A stretch of 64,000 bases of DNA from an uncultured Clostridia bacterium (GTDB taxonomy: Bacteria > Bacillota > Clostridia > TANB77 > CAG-508), in contig CALXWP010000004.1 of the NCBI GenBank assembly GCA_944392455.1, forward strand, positions 18,870 through 82,869, read 5' to 3'. Both the position numbers and the translations under genes were made by a program. This document shows, piece by piece, positions 10,282 to 21,134 of this stretch; within the stretch, counting starts at the first letter, position 1; each line of letters begins with the position of its first letter. The notes below the pieces were generated by a model. It did not search any database. It was not told where the DNA came from and was given only the letters and a program-made list of their open reading frames with translations.

Positions 10282-10425
10282 TAGTTTTATGAAACTTTTT
10301 TCATGTTTTTCTAAATTTATTTTTATGATCAATACATGAAAAAAAGCAATAAATATTAAAAACATTTACTGCTCCTCTATTTAATTATTTTATTCTTTAT
10401 TAGCCTTTAATCTTATGTATATTTA

Positions 10426-11580
10426 TTATTTAGCAAATAATACTTTTTCAGATTTATATTGTTTAATAATATATGCTAATATTAAACCAATGTATACTAT
10501 AGTTGAAACAAACATTAATCCAATATGTAATATATTAATATTTCCGGCAGATATATCTGTGAAAATCATTGTAAAATTAATAAATGGTATTATTGATAAA
10601 ACATTAGTAGTTGTTACACCTATCATAAATGCAATCATTCCAGGAAAGAATGATATAAATGTTAAAGGTGTCAATGCGCTTTGTGCTTCTTTAAATGTTT
10701 TTGATGTGCTTGCAATTGAAATACATAATCCACTTATAAATATTGAATATGCTATTATTACTATAATACTAAATACTATACTAGATGCACTATACATTAT
10801 ATTTACATCTTCATATATTGAAAATGCATTTTGAGCAATTAGTAAAGAAATTATAGCCAAAACTAAACTTAATATTCCAGTAACAATAGATGATATAGAT
10901 ACACCTAAAAACTTACCTATAATTATATCTTTACTTCTAATTGGAAATGTTAATAATGTTTCTAATGTACCTCTTTCCTTCTCTCCTGCCGTTGTATCTG
11001 TTGCAGGATATGTTGCAGATACTGTAATTGCCATAATTATAAATAAAAAGGCATAATTTTTAATATAATCTCCAAAATAGTTGTTATTACCATCCTCTAT
11101 TAAATTTTCTTCGACAGTAATAATATTTAGTACTTCATTTGCATTTATATTATTTTCTTCAAGATATTTTTGTTGTAAATATTCTTTATATGTATTAAAA
11201 TAACTTTCTGCTAATCCTTTTGCATATGAACTATCATCTGATCCATCATTATTTATTATGTATTTATTATCATTTTTAGTTATATATAAATCTATTTCTC
11301 CATTATCATACTTTTGTTTTAGTTCTTCTTCTGATCCGTTTATAACTTCAATATTCATAAGACTTGCTATTTGTCTTTCATCTTCGCTTAGTTCATATCC
11401 AAATCCTATTTTATTATATTCTGTTATATCTTTATTTACTTGTGATTCAAAAAGAGCTGACATTCCGAGTACAATAAGAGGAATAAAAATAGGTATTATA
11501 AGCATCATGGCAAGTGATTTTTTATCTCTAAATAATTCTCTTAATTCTTTCTTTAATATATTCCATAAATTACTCTTCAT
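10426..11580 (-). CDS. ABC-2 type transporter permease (NatB-like)
   Basis: About 384-aa polytopic protein with a large extracytoplasmic loop after TM1. It lies downstream of, and overlaps, the ATPase gene. Start chosen at the ATG 11578-11580 (MKSNLWN), preceded by GGAGGTG. Confidence 0.7.
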   Translation of the reverse strand: MKSNLWNILKKELRELFRDKKSLAMMLIIPIFIPLIVLGMSALFESQVNKDITEYNKIGFGYELSEDERQIASLMNIEVINGSEEELKQKYDNGEIDLYITKNDNKYIINNDGSDDSSYAKGLAESYFNTYKEYLQQKYLEENNINANEVLNIITVEENLIEDGNNNYFGDYIKNYAFLFIIMAITVSATYPATDTTAGEKERGTLETLLTFPIRSKDIIIGKFLGVSISSIVTGILSLVLAIISLLIAQNAFSIYEDVNIMYSASSIVFSIIVIIAYSIFISGLCISIASTSKTFKEAQSALTPLTFISFFPGMIAFMIGVTTTNVLSIIPFINFTMIFTDISAGNINILHIGLMFVSTIVYIGLILAYIIKQYKSEKVLFAK

Positions 11581-12328
11581 TTGAAACACCTCCAATCATA
11601 GTAAAAAATGCATCTCTTAAATTAGTTGTTTTTGTATCATTTTTAATTTTATCAGGTGTTCCAGAATTTATTACTACTCCCTTATTTATCATTATAACTC
11701 TGTCACATATATTTTCTGCCTCTTCCATATAGTGAGTAGAATATAGAATAATTTTACCTTTTTTCTTTTCTTCTTTTATAAAATCTAGAATGATCTGGCT
11801 TGAAATTATATCTAGCCCAGTTGTTGCTTCATCTAAAATATAATATTTAGGATTATGTACTAAACATCTAGCAATATTAACTCTCTGAGTCTGTCCAGTT
11901 GATAGTGTAGAAATTCTATTGTATAAAAAGCTATCCAGATTTAATATCTTTGATAATTCTTTAATTCTATTTTCTGCATCTTCTTTTTTTACTCCATAAA
12001 TGTCTGCACACATTTTTAATAATTCATAAGTTGATAATGTATCATATAATTTTGTATTTCCTGAAAGGTATGCTATATTTTGTTTGATTTCTATTTCATT
12101 ATTCTTATAATTTAATTTGTCAAAATTAATTGTACCCTCTGTAGGCTCTAGTATACCTGCAATCATTCTTAATAATGTAGTTTTTCCTGCTCCATTAGGT
12201 CCTAATATTCCTATAATCTCTCCATCTCTTGCTTCAAAAGAAATTCCGTTATTTGCATAAAATTCTTCTTTTTCTTTTTTATTTTTGTAATGAACAAATT
12301 TCTTTTTCACATTTTCAACTTTAATCAT
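11570..12328 (-). CDS. ABC transporter ATP-binding protein (NatA-like)
   Basis: Walker A GPNGAGKTT, signature LSTGQTQR and Walker B YILDEATTGLD. Confidence 0.85.
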   Translation of the reverse strand: MIKVENVKKKFVHYKNKKEKEEFYANNGISFEARDGEIIGILGPNGAGKTTLLRMIAGILEPTEGTINFDKLNYKNNEIEIKQNIAYLSGNTKLYDTLSTYELLKMCADIYGVKKEDAENRIKELSKILNLDSFLYNRISTLSTGQTQRVNIARCLVHNPKYYILDEATTGLDIISSQIILDFIKEEKKKGKIILYSTHYMEEAENICDRVIMINKGVVINSGTPDKIKNDTKTTNLRDAFFTMIGGVSNEE

Positions 12329-12353
12329 AAAATCCCCCTATTATTTATATAGT

Positions 12354-12857
12354 TTAATTTTCAAAATTAATTTCTTTTAAATCATCTTCTTTAAAATAAC
12401 ACATTTCTTCATGAATATCTATATCTCCAGCTATTTGTTCTGTTTTTAGTTTCAAATATTTTACTTCTGCATTAGCTAGTACTTGTCCTTTTACATCAAG
12501 TATTTCTGTATGTATTTTTAAAAACTTAGTATTTTCAAGTTCGATCTTTCCTCTTCCAATTAATTTTTCATTATATGGTACAGGTTTTCTATATTTTACC
12601 TCTAAAGACATAGTAACACCCCATGTATCTTCTTCCCCTTTTGCCCAACAAGCTCTTAATCCTAATTCATCAAGCATTGCTGCAATTAATCCTCCATGAA
12701 CTCTACCTGGATAGCTTTGATGTTCTTCTCTAAATACAAAAGGTGTCATTACACTTCCATCTTCCATGTTATAAAATTGTGCTTTTACTCCAAAAGCATT
12801 ATCTAAGCCACATATTGCACACATTCTACTATTTCTTTGTTTTCCTACTACTTTCAA
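12354..12857 (-). CDS. PaaI/4HBT-family hotdog-fold thioesterase
   Basis: 167 aa with the RVHGGLIAAMLDE motif. Confidence 0.7.
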   Translation of the reverse strand: MKVVGKQRNSRMCAICGLDNAFGVKAQFYNMEDGSVMTPFVFREEHQSYPGRVHGGLIAAMLDELGLRACWAKGEEDTWGVTMSLEVKYRKPVPYNEKLIGRGKIELENTKFLKIHTEILDVKGQVLANAEVKYLKLKTEQIAGDIDIHEEMCYFKEDDLKEINFEN

Positions 12858-12901
12858 TATTTTTTCCTTCTTTTTATTATATTTTTATATTAATCTATAT
12901 T

Positions 12902-14179
12902 TTATTTAACTATTTCATCTATGTTTAACTGATTATCTTCTGGACTATCTAATATTATGCAAATAAATTTATCTCCTGAATCTAACACATATGTACTTGT
13001 AACATAATTTTTATCATTATATGAACTTGTATATGGTTGTTCCACATAATAGTACTCATTACCATTTACATCTGTTTTCTCTACTTCTACTTCTTCAGCT
13101 TCATCTCCTAATGCTAATGTTAGATATTCTTCTGCTGTATATTCTTCTTCATAATTTGATTTTTCATCAGTAAATACCATGACCATTCTTTCAAAATCAG
13201 TACTTACTCCTACACAATCATATATACCTATATATTGTGTACCTAAATATTGCCCTACTTCTTCATCAGTAAGAATAACTATATCATCAGGCATATCTAC
13301 TTTAATATCGCTTGTTTCTACTTCATATATATTATTTGTTAATCTTTCTGGATCTGAAAGTGCATTTTGTTGTTCTTCATTTTGATATCTTTGTGAAAAT
13401 ACAATTATTACTGCAAGAACAATTGCTATTATTAAAATTATAATAAATGTTTTAGCACCAGACATGCCATATCTATACCATGAACTATTTTGAGCTTTTT
13501 CACAAAAATAATATTTATTAGATTTTTTCTTAATAATTTGTTGAACCTTTAAATATGTAAATATGCTATTTGCTTTTGATTCTCCAAATTCTTTTATTAA
13601 ATCTTCCATAACTAAGTCTTTTGTAATTGTATGTTTTTTATCTAAAGCATCATTTCTATCAAATATTTGTCTTACTTTATTTATATCTTCTTTAGAATAA
13701 TCCTCTGTACTTGCATCTTTTGCAAGAATCCTTATATCTTCTTCTTTTATGCCTTCTCTTATTTGTTTATTTAGACTAACAACAATACCGCCAATTACAA
13801 TAATTCCAAATATTAGTGATATTACATAATCTGTCAAGATGGCTGTTTGAAATTCATGAACACTATAAATTGCTTGTAAATATTCCATACTAATAGGATA
13901 TCCCATTTTATATAAATAACATATAGGTATAATTAAAAGCATAACTAATGTTATTGCTATAAAAGAAGATATTGATAATATAACAGGAACTTTTTTATTG
14001 ATTTTAGCTTTAGTTAATTTATATCCATAAAAACTTCCTGCTACTATAAGAATTGCTAATACAGAATAAATCACATTTAAAAATACATATGCTAAAACCC
14101 AAGGTATAGCTCCTATTATTGCTCCTATTAATGCTCCTACAATACCAATCAAATATTTATTTTTTACTTCTTCCTCCAT
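12902..14179 (-). CDS. membrane protein, function unknown
   Basis: Several TM helices at the N-terminus, one central TM helix and an acidic C-terminal domain. Start chosen at the ATG 14177-14179 (MEEEVKNK), preceded by GGGGGAAG. Confidence 0.5.
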   Translation of the reverse strand: MEEEVKNKYLIGIVGALIGAIIGAIPWVLAYVFLNVIYSVLAILIVAGSFYGYKLTKAKINKKVPVILSISSFIAITLVMLLIIPICYLYKMGYPISMEYLQAIYSVHEFQTAILTDYVISLIFGIIVIGGIVVSLNKQIREGIKEEDIRILAKDASTEDYSKEDINKVRQIFDRNDALDKKHTITKDLVMEDLIKEFGESKANSIFTYLKVQQIIKKKSNKYYFCEKAQNSSWYRYGMSGAKTFIIILIIAIVLAVIIVFSQRYQNEEQQNALSDPERLTNNIYEVETSDIKVDMPDDIVILTDEEVGQYLGTQYIGIYDCVGVSTDFERMVMVFTDEKSNYEEEYTAEEYLTLALGDEAEEVEVEKTDVNGNEYYYVEQPYTSSYNDKNYVTSTYVLDSGDKFICIILDSPEDNQLNIDEIVK

Positions 14180-14368
14180 AGATCTTCCCCCTACGTTTTT
14201 TACTTTTTTAATTATAACATAACACATTTTATAAAAACAATTATTTTATACAAATATATTTTTATAATTAAAATAAAAATAAAAAATGGATTATATTTTC
14301 TATAATAAATTTAAATAATTTTTAATATAACCCATTTTAATTAAGTATTTATTTATTAAATTCTTTAA

Positions 14369-15754
14369 TTAAGAATTATATAATATTATCGGTATTGATG
14401 TATCTATATTATTATATATAGTTTTTGCAGCTGAATATGGTAAATTAACACATCCATGAGATCCATTTGTCATATATATATTTCCTCCGAAGCTTGATCT
14501 CCATAAAGCATCATGTAGTCCTATTCCTCCATTAAAAGGCATCCAAAAATTAACATGTGAAGAATATTTACTTCCATCACTATTATATCCTTCAAGATAT
14601 GTATCTGTTGTTTTATATGTTAAATAATAAATTCCTGCCGGAGTTGCATATCCACCTGATACACTTCCTGTAACACATTTAGTATCAACAATACATTTAC
14701 CATCAACATACATCCATACTTTTTGTCTTGTTAAATCTATCTCAACATATGTATCAATATTTAAATAATCTGGTAATGGATTATATATAGGATCAAAAGT
14801 AATTTTTTCATTTTTTCCTAATTGCTCTTTTATTCTTTCTATCTCTTTATCTGTATCTAAGTCTGCATAGGTTTTTCTACCAAATGGAATTTTTATTTTT
14901 CCCTTTCCTGTTGCATTAAATTCAGTTGAAGTTAAACTATATGAAGCTTTTTCATTAAGTTCTTCTACAAATTTAGGAAGATTTCCATCTATATCTATAT
15001 TATAGTATCCTTCCTCATCTCTATAAATCCATTCTTTCATTACATTTGCATCTAATACATATTTACTTCCGTCATATAAGTTATATTCAATAGTTGATGA
15101 AAGTATTGAATTAATATAATCTTTTTCTGAATTTAGTTTTTCATTTGTAGATAAAATTTTTGGTGTTACGTTTGTAATTTCTTTAAAATCTATAACAGTC
15201 TGACCTGCTTTTAAAGCTTTTATCATATATTTATATGCTGTATCTAAACTTAATTCATTTCCATATTGTTCTGGTTTTATAACTAACTGATTATTATCAT
15301 TTAGCTCAAGATATGCATTTTCTGGTTTTCTAACATTATTCTCATGAAATACTGATAAACTAGATAAATATTCTTTAACTTTCTCTTCATTTAAACTATA
15401 TAAGTTTTCTATATTGTATTCTTTCTCTTCTTCTCCATTTTGAGAATATATTATTTTTTTTAGTTCATCTTCATTTTCTACTTTTATTTCAAAATATGCA
15501 CCTAAACAAGTATATTGCTTATCATCTGCAAATAGTAATTTTATTTCTGAATTATCCATGTTTTGTTCTAATTTGTTTGTTGCAGAATCTAAATTTAAGA
15601 AAGAACATTCTACTCCATTAATATATGTTTTGTATTGAAAACTATCTTTACTAAATGTTCTAACTAAAAATGCTACTAATGCAAACATTAATATTGTACA
15701 TATAAATACAACAATCTTCAGTACTTTTCCTTTCTCTTGTTGTGCCCTATTCAT
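14369..15754 (-). CDS. L,D-transpeptidase (YkuD domain) with N-terminal membrane anchor and a large pre-domain
   Basis: The C-terminal domain contains the catalytic motif NGSHGCVNLP. Confidence 0.8.
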   Translation of the reverse strand: MNRAQQEKGKVLKIVVFICTILMFALVAFLVRTFSKDSFQYKTYINGVECSFLNLDSATNKLEQNMDNSEIKLLFADDKQYTCLGAYFEIKVENEDELKKIIYSQNGEEEKEYNIENLYSLNEEKVKEYLSSLSVFHENNVRKPENAYLELNDNNQLVIKPEQYGNELSLDTAYKYMIKALKAGQTVIDFKEITNVTPKILSTNEKLNSEKDYINSILSSTIEYNLYDGSKYVLDANVMKEWIYRDEEGYYNIDIDGNLPKFVEELNEKASYSLTSTEFNATGKGKIKIPFGRKTYADLDTDKEIERIKEQLGKNEKITFDPIYNPLPDYLNIDTYVEIDLTRQKVWMYVDGKCIVDTKCVTGSVSGGYATPAGIYYLTYKTTDTYLEGYNSDGSKYSSHVNFWMPFNGGIGLHDALWRSSFGGNIYMTNGSHGCVNLPYSAAKTIYNNIDTSIPIILYNS

Positions 15755-15887
15755 ATTATGTGATCTCCTTTTTTGTCTATAAATTTTCGATTTCTATTAT
15801 AACATAAATATAAAAAAAATAAATATCTATCTTGTATTTTATTGTTATATTTTGTCATATCTTGTATTTATCTGTCTTAATATTTTT

Positions 15888-16904
15888 CTATAAATCTACA
15901 TGGCTATTTTTAGGAAATATAATTCTTACACTTGTTCCAATATTTCTTTCGGAAGTAATATCTATACCTAAACCTAATTTTGTACATAAATTCTTACATA
16001 GATATAACCCAATACCTGTAGACTTTTTACCTATAATTCTTCCATTTTCTCCTGTAAAACCTTTTTCAAATACTCGTTTTATTTCATTTTGTTTTATTCC
16101 CATTCCATTGTCGTCTATAAATAATATTACTTTATTTTTTTCTTCTTTTGCATATATTTTAATGGATTTGATTTCTTTATTCATATATTTTATAGAATTA
16201 TGTATAATTTGATTTAAAATAAATATAATCCATTTTCCATCTGTGTATACTTCTTTTTCAATACCATCTAATATATCTATATTTATATTATTTTGAATTA
16301 ATATATTTTTATTTTTAATTATAGTATTATTTACTATATCTTTTAAATTGGTCTTTGAAATATAATAATCTTTTTCTACAGTGCTACTTCTAGCATAATA
16401 TAAGGCTTGATCTATATAATTTTCTACTTTATCTAGTTCTTCATCTATACTTTTAGTTGCTTCAGATTTATTATTTTCTATTATCATTTTACTTGCTGCA
16501 ATTGGAATCTTTATTTCATGTATCCATAATTCTATATACTCTTTATAATCTTCTGCTAAATGTTTGTATTTATTAACATTTTCAAGCATAGATTTTCCTG
16601 TATCCTCTATTACATTTTTTAATATTTTTCCTCCTATAAATCCTGGATTACTTATTACTTCATTTAATAAATATTTTTCATCTAACTCATCCAATTTATT
16701 TAAAAGATTTTTATAAAAACTATTCTTTATATTATATTCAATTAGCATGCATATTAAAAGCCCTATCAACACTGATAATAAAATATATATTCTTATCCAT
16801 AGATCAATATCATACATTGATAAAAATATTTCAATTGTTATAAGTATTAATACTAAAATTATTACATAAATGAACTTTTCTTTAAAAAAATATCTAAATT
16901 TCAT
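15888..16904 (-). CDS. sensor histidine kinase (two TM helices, short extracellular loop; intramembrane-sensing type)
   Basis: H-box HEIKIPIAA. HATPase motifs DDNGMGI and STGIGLYL. Confidence 0.85.
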   Translation of the reverse strand: MKFRYFFKEKFIYVIILVLILITIEIFLSMYDIDLWIRIYILLSVLIGLLICMLIEYNIKNSFYKNLLNKLDELDEKYLLNEVISNPGFIGGKILKNVIEDTGKSMLENVNKYKHLAEDYKEYIELWIHEIKIPIAASKMIIENNKSEATKSIDEELDKVENYIDQALYYARSSTVEKDYYISKTNLKDIVNNTIIKNKNILIQNNINIDILDGIEKEVYTDGKWIIFILNQIIHNSIKYMNKEIKSIKIYAKEEKNKVILFIDDNGMGIKQNEIKRVFEKGFTGENGRIIGKKSTGIGLYLCKNLCTKLGLGIDITSERNIGTSVRIIFPKNSHVDL

Positions 16905-17572
16905 TTTAATAAATACCCCTGTCCTCTCTTTGTTTCAATTATATCTTTTAGATCTATTTCTTCTAGTTTATTTCTTAATCTTTTTATATTAACAGTTAAA
17001 GTATTATCATCTATAAAACTTTGACTATCCCATAAGTAATCCATTATTTCTTCTCTTGATACAATACATCCTCTTTTCATAACTAGATAATGTAATATTT
17101 TCATTTCATTTTTTGTAAGTTCTATTTTAACATCATCTTTTTCTAATAAACTTTTTGATATATTTAATATAAATTCATTACAATCTATTTTATTTTGATT
17201 AGTATCAGTTTCTTTACTCCTTCTTAATAGTGCATTAATTTTAGCAAGTAAAATTTGGATGTTATATGGTTTAGTCACATACTGATCTGCTCCATAATTT
17301 AAACTAATCAGTTCATCTAATTCACTATCTCTACTAGTTACCATTATTATTGGAATATTTGAAACTTTTCTTATTTCCTTACATATAAACTCTCCGTCCA
17401 CATATGGCAAGTTTATATCTAATAATATAAGGTCTGCTTTTAAATTCAGAATATCTTGTACAATATTCTTAAAATTGTCCATTATTACAGCATTAAAACC
17501 ATTTCTTTCTAAAAATATTTTTAACTCATTTCTTAATTTTTCATCATCTTCAACAATTAAAATTTTATACAT
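16901..17572 (-). CDS. OmpR-family response regulator
   Basis: Receiver domain (ILIVEDD, LLDINLP) plus winged-helix output (TVNIKRLRNKLE). It has a 4-nt ATGA overlap with the kinase gene. Confidence 0.9.
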   Translation of the reverse strand: MYKILIVEDDEKLRNELKIFLERNGFNAVIMDNFKNIVQDILNLKADLILLDINLPYVDGEFICKEIRKVSNIPIIMVTSRDSELDELISLNYGADQYVTKPYNIQILLAKINALLRRSKETDTNQNKIDCNEFILNISKSLLEKDDVKIELTKNEMKILHYLVMKRGCIVSREEIMDYLWDSQSFIDDNTLTVNIKRLRNKLEEIDLKDIIETKRGQGYLLK

Positions 17573-17711
17573 GTTTTTCTCCTACTACAAAAATATAATA
17601 TATAATAAATTATGATAAAATCTTGTTTATATTAATTTATATATCTCATTCCTAATTTATATTAATTATATCATATATCTCATATATATTAATATTACAT
17701 TTTTGTAAGAT

Positions 17712-17743
17712 AGCAAATAAAAGAGGCACTATCAGTGCCCCTT
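17712..17743 (-). terminator. rho-independent terminator overlapping the stop codon of 17732..18394
   Basis: Minus strand: GGGGCAC-tgata-GTGCCTC followed by TTTTATTT. Confidence 0.6.
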
Positions 17744-18394
17744 TCTTCGTCCTACAACTCTGTCTACAATAACTAGTAAAAAAGAAATTACCAGAATAAA
17801 TATCACCATGATGACAATTGCCCAAGCAACTCCAGTATAACCTATTTGTGTATAATCAAGAAAAAAATATGCATATTTTCTTGATCCACCGATTCCAAAA
17901 AACTTTCCACCATTAGCACTATATGTATACACATACATTAAATAGTTAAGAGGAATAATCAGCCATAAAAACGGATAATAAAATTTAAATTTTCCCTTTT
18001 TGTCAAAGAAAAAATAATCCAAAATGACTAAAATTGGAGATAACCGGTGTACCAAAAAATTAGACATAAAATTCTTAAGTCCACTAGTATCGATTTGCAT
18101 ATCGAAACCAATAGGTCCAAGAGCTATTGCATATACTAAACCAGTAATTGCAATTATAATGGTTATACATCCTTTTACAAGATGATAAACATCACTTTCT
18201 TGGTAATCATCCTTTACAGCAGAAACAATCAATATAAATACAAAAAAAGCTAAACAAATTATATTGCTTTGTAATGTGTAATATGAAAGTATAGCTGATA
18301 CAGATGTTGTGTCAATCACATTTAGGATAATCCCTGTAGACAAAGAAGCAATTAGAAGAATCCGGTAGAAATAAGAAAGTGTTCTCCTATCCAC
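17732..18394 (-). CDS. polytopic membrane protein, function unknown; compositionally atypical
   Basis: 220 aa with about 6 TM helices. It looks GC-richer than its neighbours and contains two in-frame CGG codons (18044-18046 and 18362-18364). Confidence 0.55.
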   Translation of the reverse strand: MDRRTLSYFYRILLIASLSTGIILNVIDTTSVSAILSYYTLQSNIICLAFFVFILIVSAVKDDYQESDVYHLVKGCITIIIAITGLVYAIALGPIGFDMQIDTSGLKNFMSNFLVHRLSPILVILDYFFFDKKGKFKFYYPFLWLIIPLNYLMYVYTYSANGGKFFGIGGSRKYAYFFLDYTQIGYTGVAWAIVIMVIFILVISFLLVIVDRVVGRRKGH

Positions 18395-18462
18395 CTAAAA
18401 TACCCTCCCTTCTTTGTAGGTTATTATATATTATACTATATTTTCCTGTTTTTTTAAAGTAA

Positions 18463-18500
18463 AAAGGCAATCAACTAATATTAAATTGATTACCTTTAAT
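18463..18500 (-). terminator. hairpin terminator downstream of rnpB
   Basis: Minus strand: AAAGGTAATCAA-loop-TTGATTGCCTTT followed by a T-rich tail. Confidence 0.5.
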
Positions 18501-18524
18501 TCTACTTGAATATTATTTATTTTT

Positions 18525-18878
18525 AAAGTAAATCTATAAGCCGGGTTCTGTCTTAAATAGTCATCTATCTAGTACATATATTACTATATGCATCATGCCA
18601 CCAAATCAAGAAGACTGACGAGCAGCCATTAACCTTCTTTGCTCGGTGTTGCTCCTGATGGGGTTTACACTGACCCAGTATGTCACCATACCAGCGGTGA
18701 GCTCTTACCTCGCCTTTTCACCCTTACCTTAAAAATTAAGGTGGTTATTTTCTGTTGCACTTTCCTTAAGGTTTCCCTCACTGGACGTTATCCAGCATCA
18801 TTGCTCTATGGAGCCCGGACTTTCCTCGTACGCCGCCTTTCGACCTTGCTATACGCGACTATTCGGTTTACTCTTTAT
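18525..18878 (-). ncRNA. rnpB: RNase P RNA, bacterial type A
   Basis: The minus strand contains GAGGAAAGTCCGGGCTCCATAGAGCA, AGTGCAACAGAAA, GGTAAGGGTGAAAAGG, GGTAAGAGCTCACC, GTAAACCCCA and the 3' ACAGAACCCGGCTTA, matching the universally conserved RNase P core. The ends are approximate, inferred from P1 pairing. Confidence 0.93.
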
Positions 18879-18947
18879 CCATTTTACTATATTTTTCTTT
18901 TGTAGTCAAATAAATAACTATTATAAGTTTACTATTACAAATTTATT

Positions 18948-19700
18948 TTATTCGTTTATTTCTTCTATATATTTTGTATATTCAAAACTGCTTAATGTTT
19001 TAATATAATTGAAATTACCACTTCTAGGATCATCTTCTTTAAAAAACATTGTTTTAGTATCTCCATCTTCCACATATATATATTGATTGCCCAAATTATC
19101 TGTATTCCAGATAGTTTCTGGTAAATTAATCGTATATAAATATCCTTTTACTTGAACACATTCAATATCATCTATAGAAAATTTTTTATTTATTGTTTTT
19201 ATACCATCTTCTGTATCTTCTTCAATCATTACCCCTATTTGATTTATAGAATCTGAATAATCAGTTCCACCTATAATAGCAACTGTTTGCTCCTCATTCT
19301 TTATATACGGATTCCATTTGTCTGGATTAGTAACTTTTAATTTTAATACTAAATATCCACATATATCATCTTTTAATTTTATTTGTGTTCCATTAGTAAT
19401 AGATTCTACTTCTCCAAACTCGTTTCTAGTCTCATTTTTTACATCTTCTACAACTATATAATCTTTCCAATTATTATCTGTTATTTGTATTTCTGTTTTA
19501 TATTGTGAAAGTTCTTCTTGTGAAATAGTTTTAGCACTATTATTTCTTCTAATATATACTATAGCAACAAAAACAATTATAGCAATTAACAATAAAATAA
19601 AAAATACAATCATTTTCTTCCTTCTTGATTTCTTCATTTCTTGCTTTATTTCTTGTTTAACCTCTTGCCTCAATTGTTCTTTTAGCTCTTGTTCATTCAT
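18948..19700 (-). CDS. N-terminally anchored extracytoplasmic protein, function unknown
   Basis: 250 aa. Charged N-terminus, a single TM helix, then a soluble domain. Confidence 0.5.
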   Translation of the reverse strand: MNEQELKEQLRQEVKQEIKQEMKKSRRKKMIVFFILLLIAIIVFVAIVYIRRNNSAKTISQEELSQYKTEIQITDNNWKDYIVVEDVKNETRNEFGEVESITNGTQIKLKDDICGYLVLKLKVTNPDKWNPYIKNEEQTVAIIGGTDYSDSINQIGVMIEEDTEDGIKTINKKFSIDDIECVQVKGYLYTINLPETIWNTDNLGNQYIYVEDGDTKTMFFKEDDPRSGNFNYIKTLSSFEYTKYIEEINE

Positions 19701-19812
19701 TTAAATATCCCCCTTTTATTTTATATTGCCATATTATCACAGTAGATCACAAAACACAAGGGATATTTATATAAAAGAAATAAGCCTTTTTTAAGACTTA
19801 TTTCTTATTATA

Positions 19813-20655
19813 TTATATATTTTCTAACTCTTGCATTACTTCTCCATAATTTATATAAAATGTCTTTTCACTTTCTTTTTTCACATCATCTGCTAATTCA
19901 TTAATTAATATATATGATTTATTTATTTCATCAATACTATTCATATTATTAATTTGATTATTCATTATTTTATTAAATTCATTTTTTGCTTTTTCTATAT
20001 AATTATTTGCTTCTTCCCATTTTTTAGAATCTATAACAGAATATGCATATAGTATATATGATTTTGTATTATAAATATTTTTCATCTGTTCATCATCTGA
20101 GAAATCATTTAAATACAAAGCTAATAGATTATATAGATCTGCTGTATATGCTAAACACTCTGCTTTATTTTCTTCGTCTTCTGCTGTTATCATTTGATCT
20201 AATAAATCATTAAATTTAAGTAAATTTTCTTTGTTTACATTTAATGTTGTTAAATCTATTAATATAGTGGTCCAACTTGAATATATATTTTCTGTAGTTT
20301 CTTTAATTTCTTCCCAATCTATTTTATTATTATCTTCATTTAAAGTACTTTCAAATTCTATGCTTGAACTATCTATTGTATTTTCACTAGTTTTTACGTC
20401 ATTTTCAGAACTATCACTTGATATATTTACATCTTGATTTATTATTTTATAATTAGTATATGAGATATTATTTAATCCATTCATTATATTTATTATTTCA
20501 GTATTTAAAAAACCTATTTCAGATACAGCCTTTTCTTTTAATGTATCAACACTACTTCCTTGATTTTCTTTTACATTTGCAAATACAAAATATCCACATA
20601 TGGATAATAAAATAATTAAAAACAATACTATTATAGTAATAATATATTTTTTCAT
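19813..20655 (-). CDS. N-terminally anchored or secreted protein, function unknown
   Basis: Signal/anchor MKKYIITIIVLFLIILLS. Start chosen at the ATG 20653-20655, preceded by GAGGA. Confidence 0.5.
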   Translation of the reverse strand: MKKYIITIIVLFLIILLSICGYFVFANVKENQGSSVDTLKEKAVSEIGFLNTEIINIMNGLNNISYTNYKIINQDVNISSDSSENDVKTSENTIDSSSIEFESTLNEDNNKIDWEEIKETTENIYSSWTTILIDLTTLNVNKENLLKFNDLLDQMITAEDEENKAECLAYTADLYNLLALYLNDFSDDEQMKNIYNTKSYILYAYSVIDSKKWEEANNYIEKAKNEFNKIMNNQINNMNSIDEINKSYILINELADDVKKESEKTFYINYGEVMQELENI

Positions 20656-20832
20656 TTTTATCCTCAATTCAATATTAAATTTTAATTAAAATTAGTATAT
20701 CCAGATTTTTTCCTTTTATTCTCTAGTATTTTAATTGCTTTTTTATCCATAATTAATATTAGAAAATATATTTATTATATTTTTATAATTCTTATTTAAT
20801 ATTTATATTTTAATTATCAAAAATTTTGTTTT

Positions 20833-21126
20833 GTGGGTTTAATTATGTTTAGTATTGTAAGATTATATAGTTCAGAAAAAAATGAAATAAATAAATTTTT
20901 AAATAAATTTTATAATGAAAACAATGAACATATCAATTTATTAGAATGGGAAAAAAAGTACCAAAATCCCATTGAAATGGTTGATATTATTGGTACTTTC
21001 ATTGATAATAATGATAAATATTCAATTAATATGTGGATTAGTTTAGACAAAGGTCTTTTCATAAATATAAATGACTATAATGCTGATAAAATAATCAAAT
21101 ATATTTTTGAAAGATATCCTTGGTAA
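20833..21126 (+). CDS. small hypothetical protein (one of three plus-strand genes)
   Basis: 97-aa ORF convergent with gpsA. There is no clear RBS, and an internal ATG at 20845 is equally possible. Confidence 0.35.
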   Translation: MGLIMFSIVRLYSSEKNEINKFLNKFYNENNEHINLLEWEKKYQNPIEMVDIIGTFIDNNDKYSINMWISLDKGLFININDYNADKIIKYIFERYPW

Positions 21127-21134
21127 AGCAAAAA

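Noticed and set aside
18639-19008. Two plus-strand ORFs (88 and 66 aa)
   Set aside because: They lie antisense within the RNase P RNA gene and its flank, and are explained by the local GC-rich RNA sequence.
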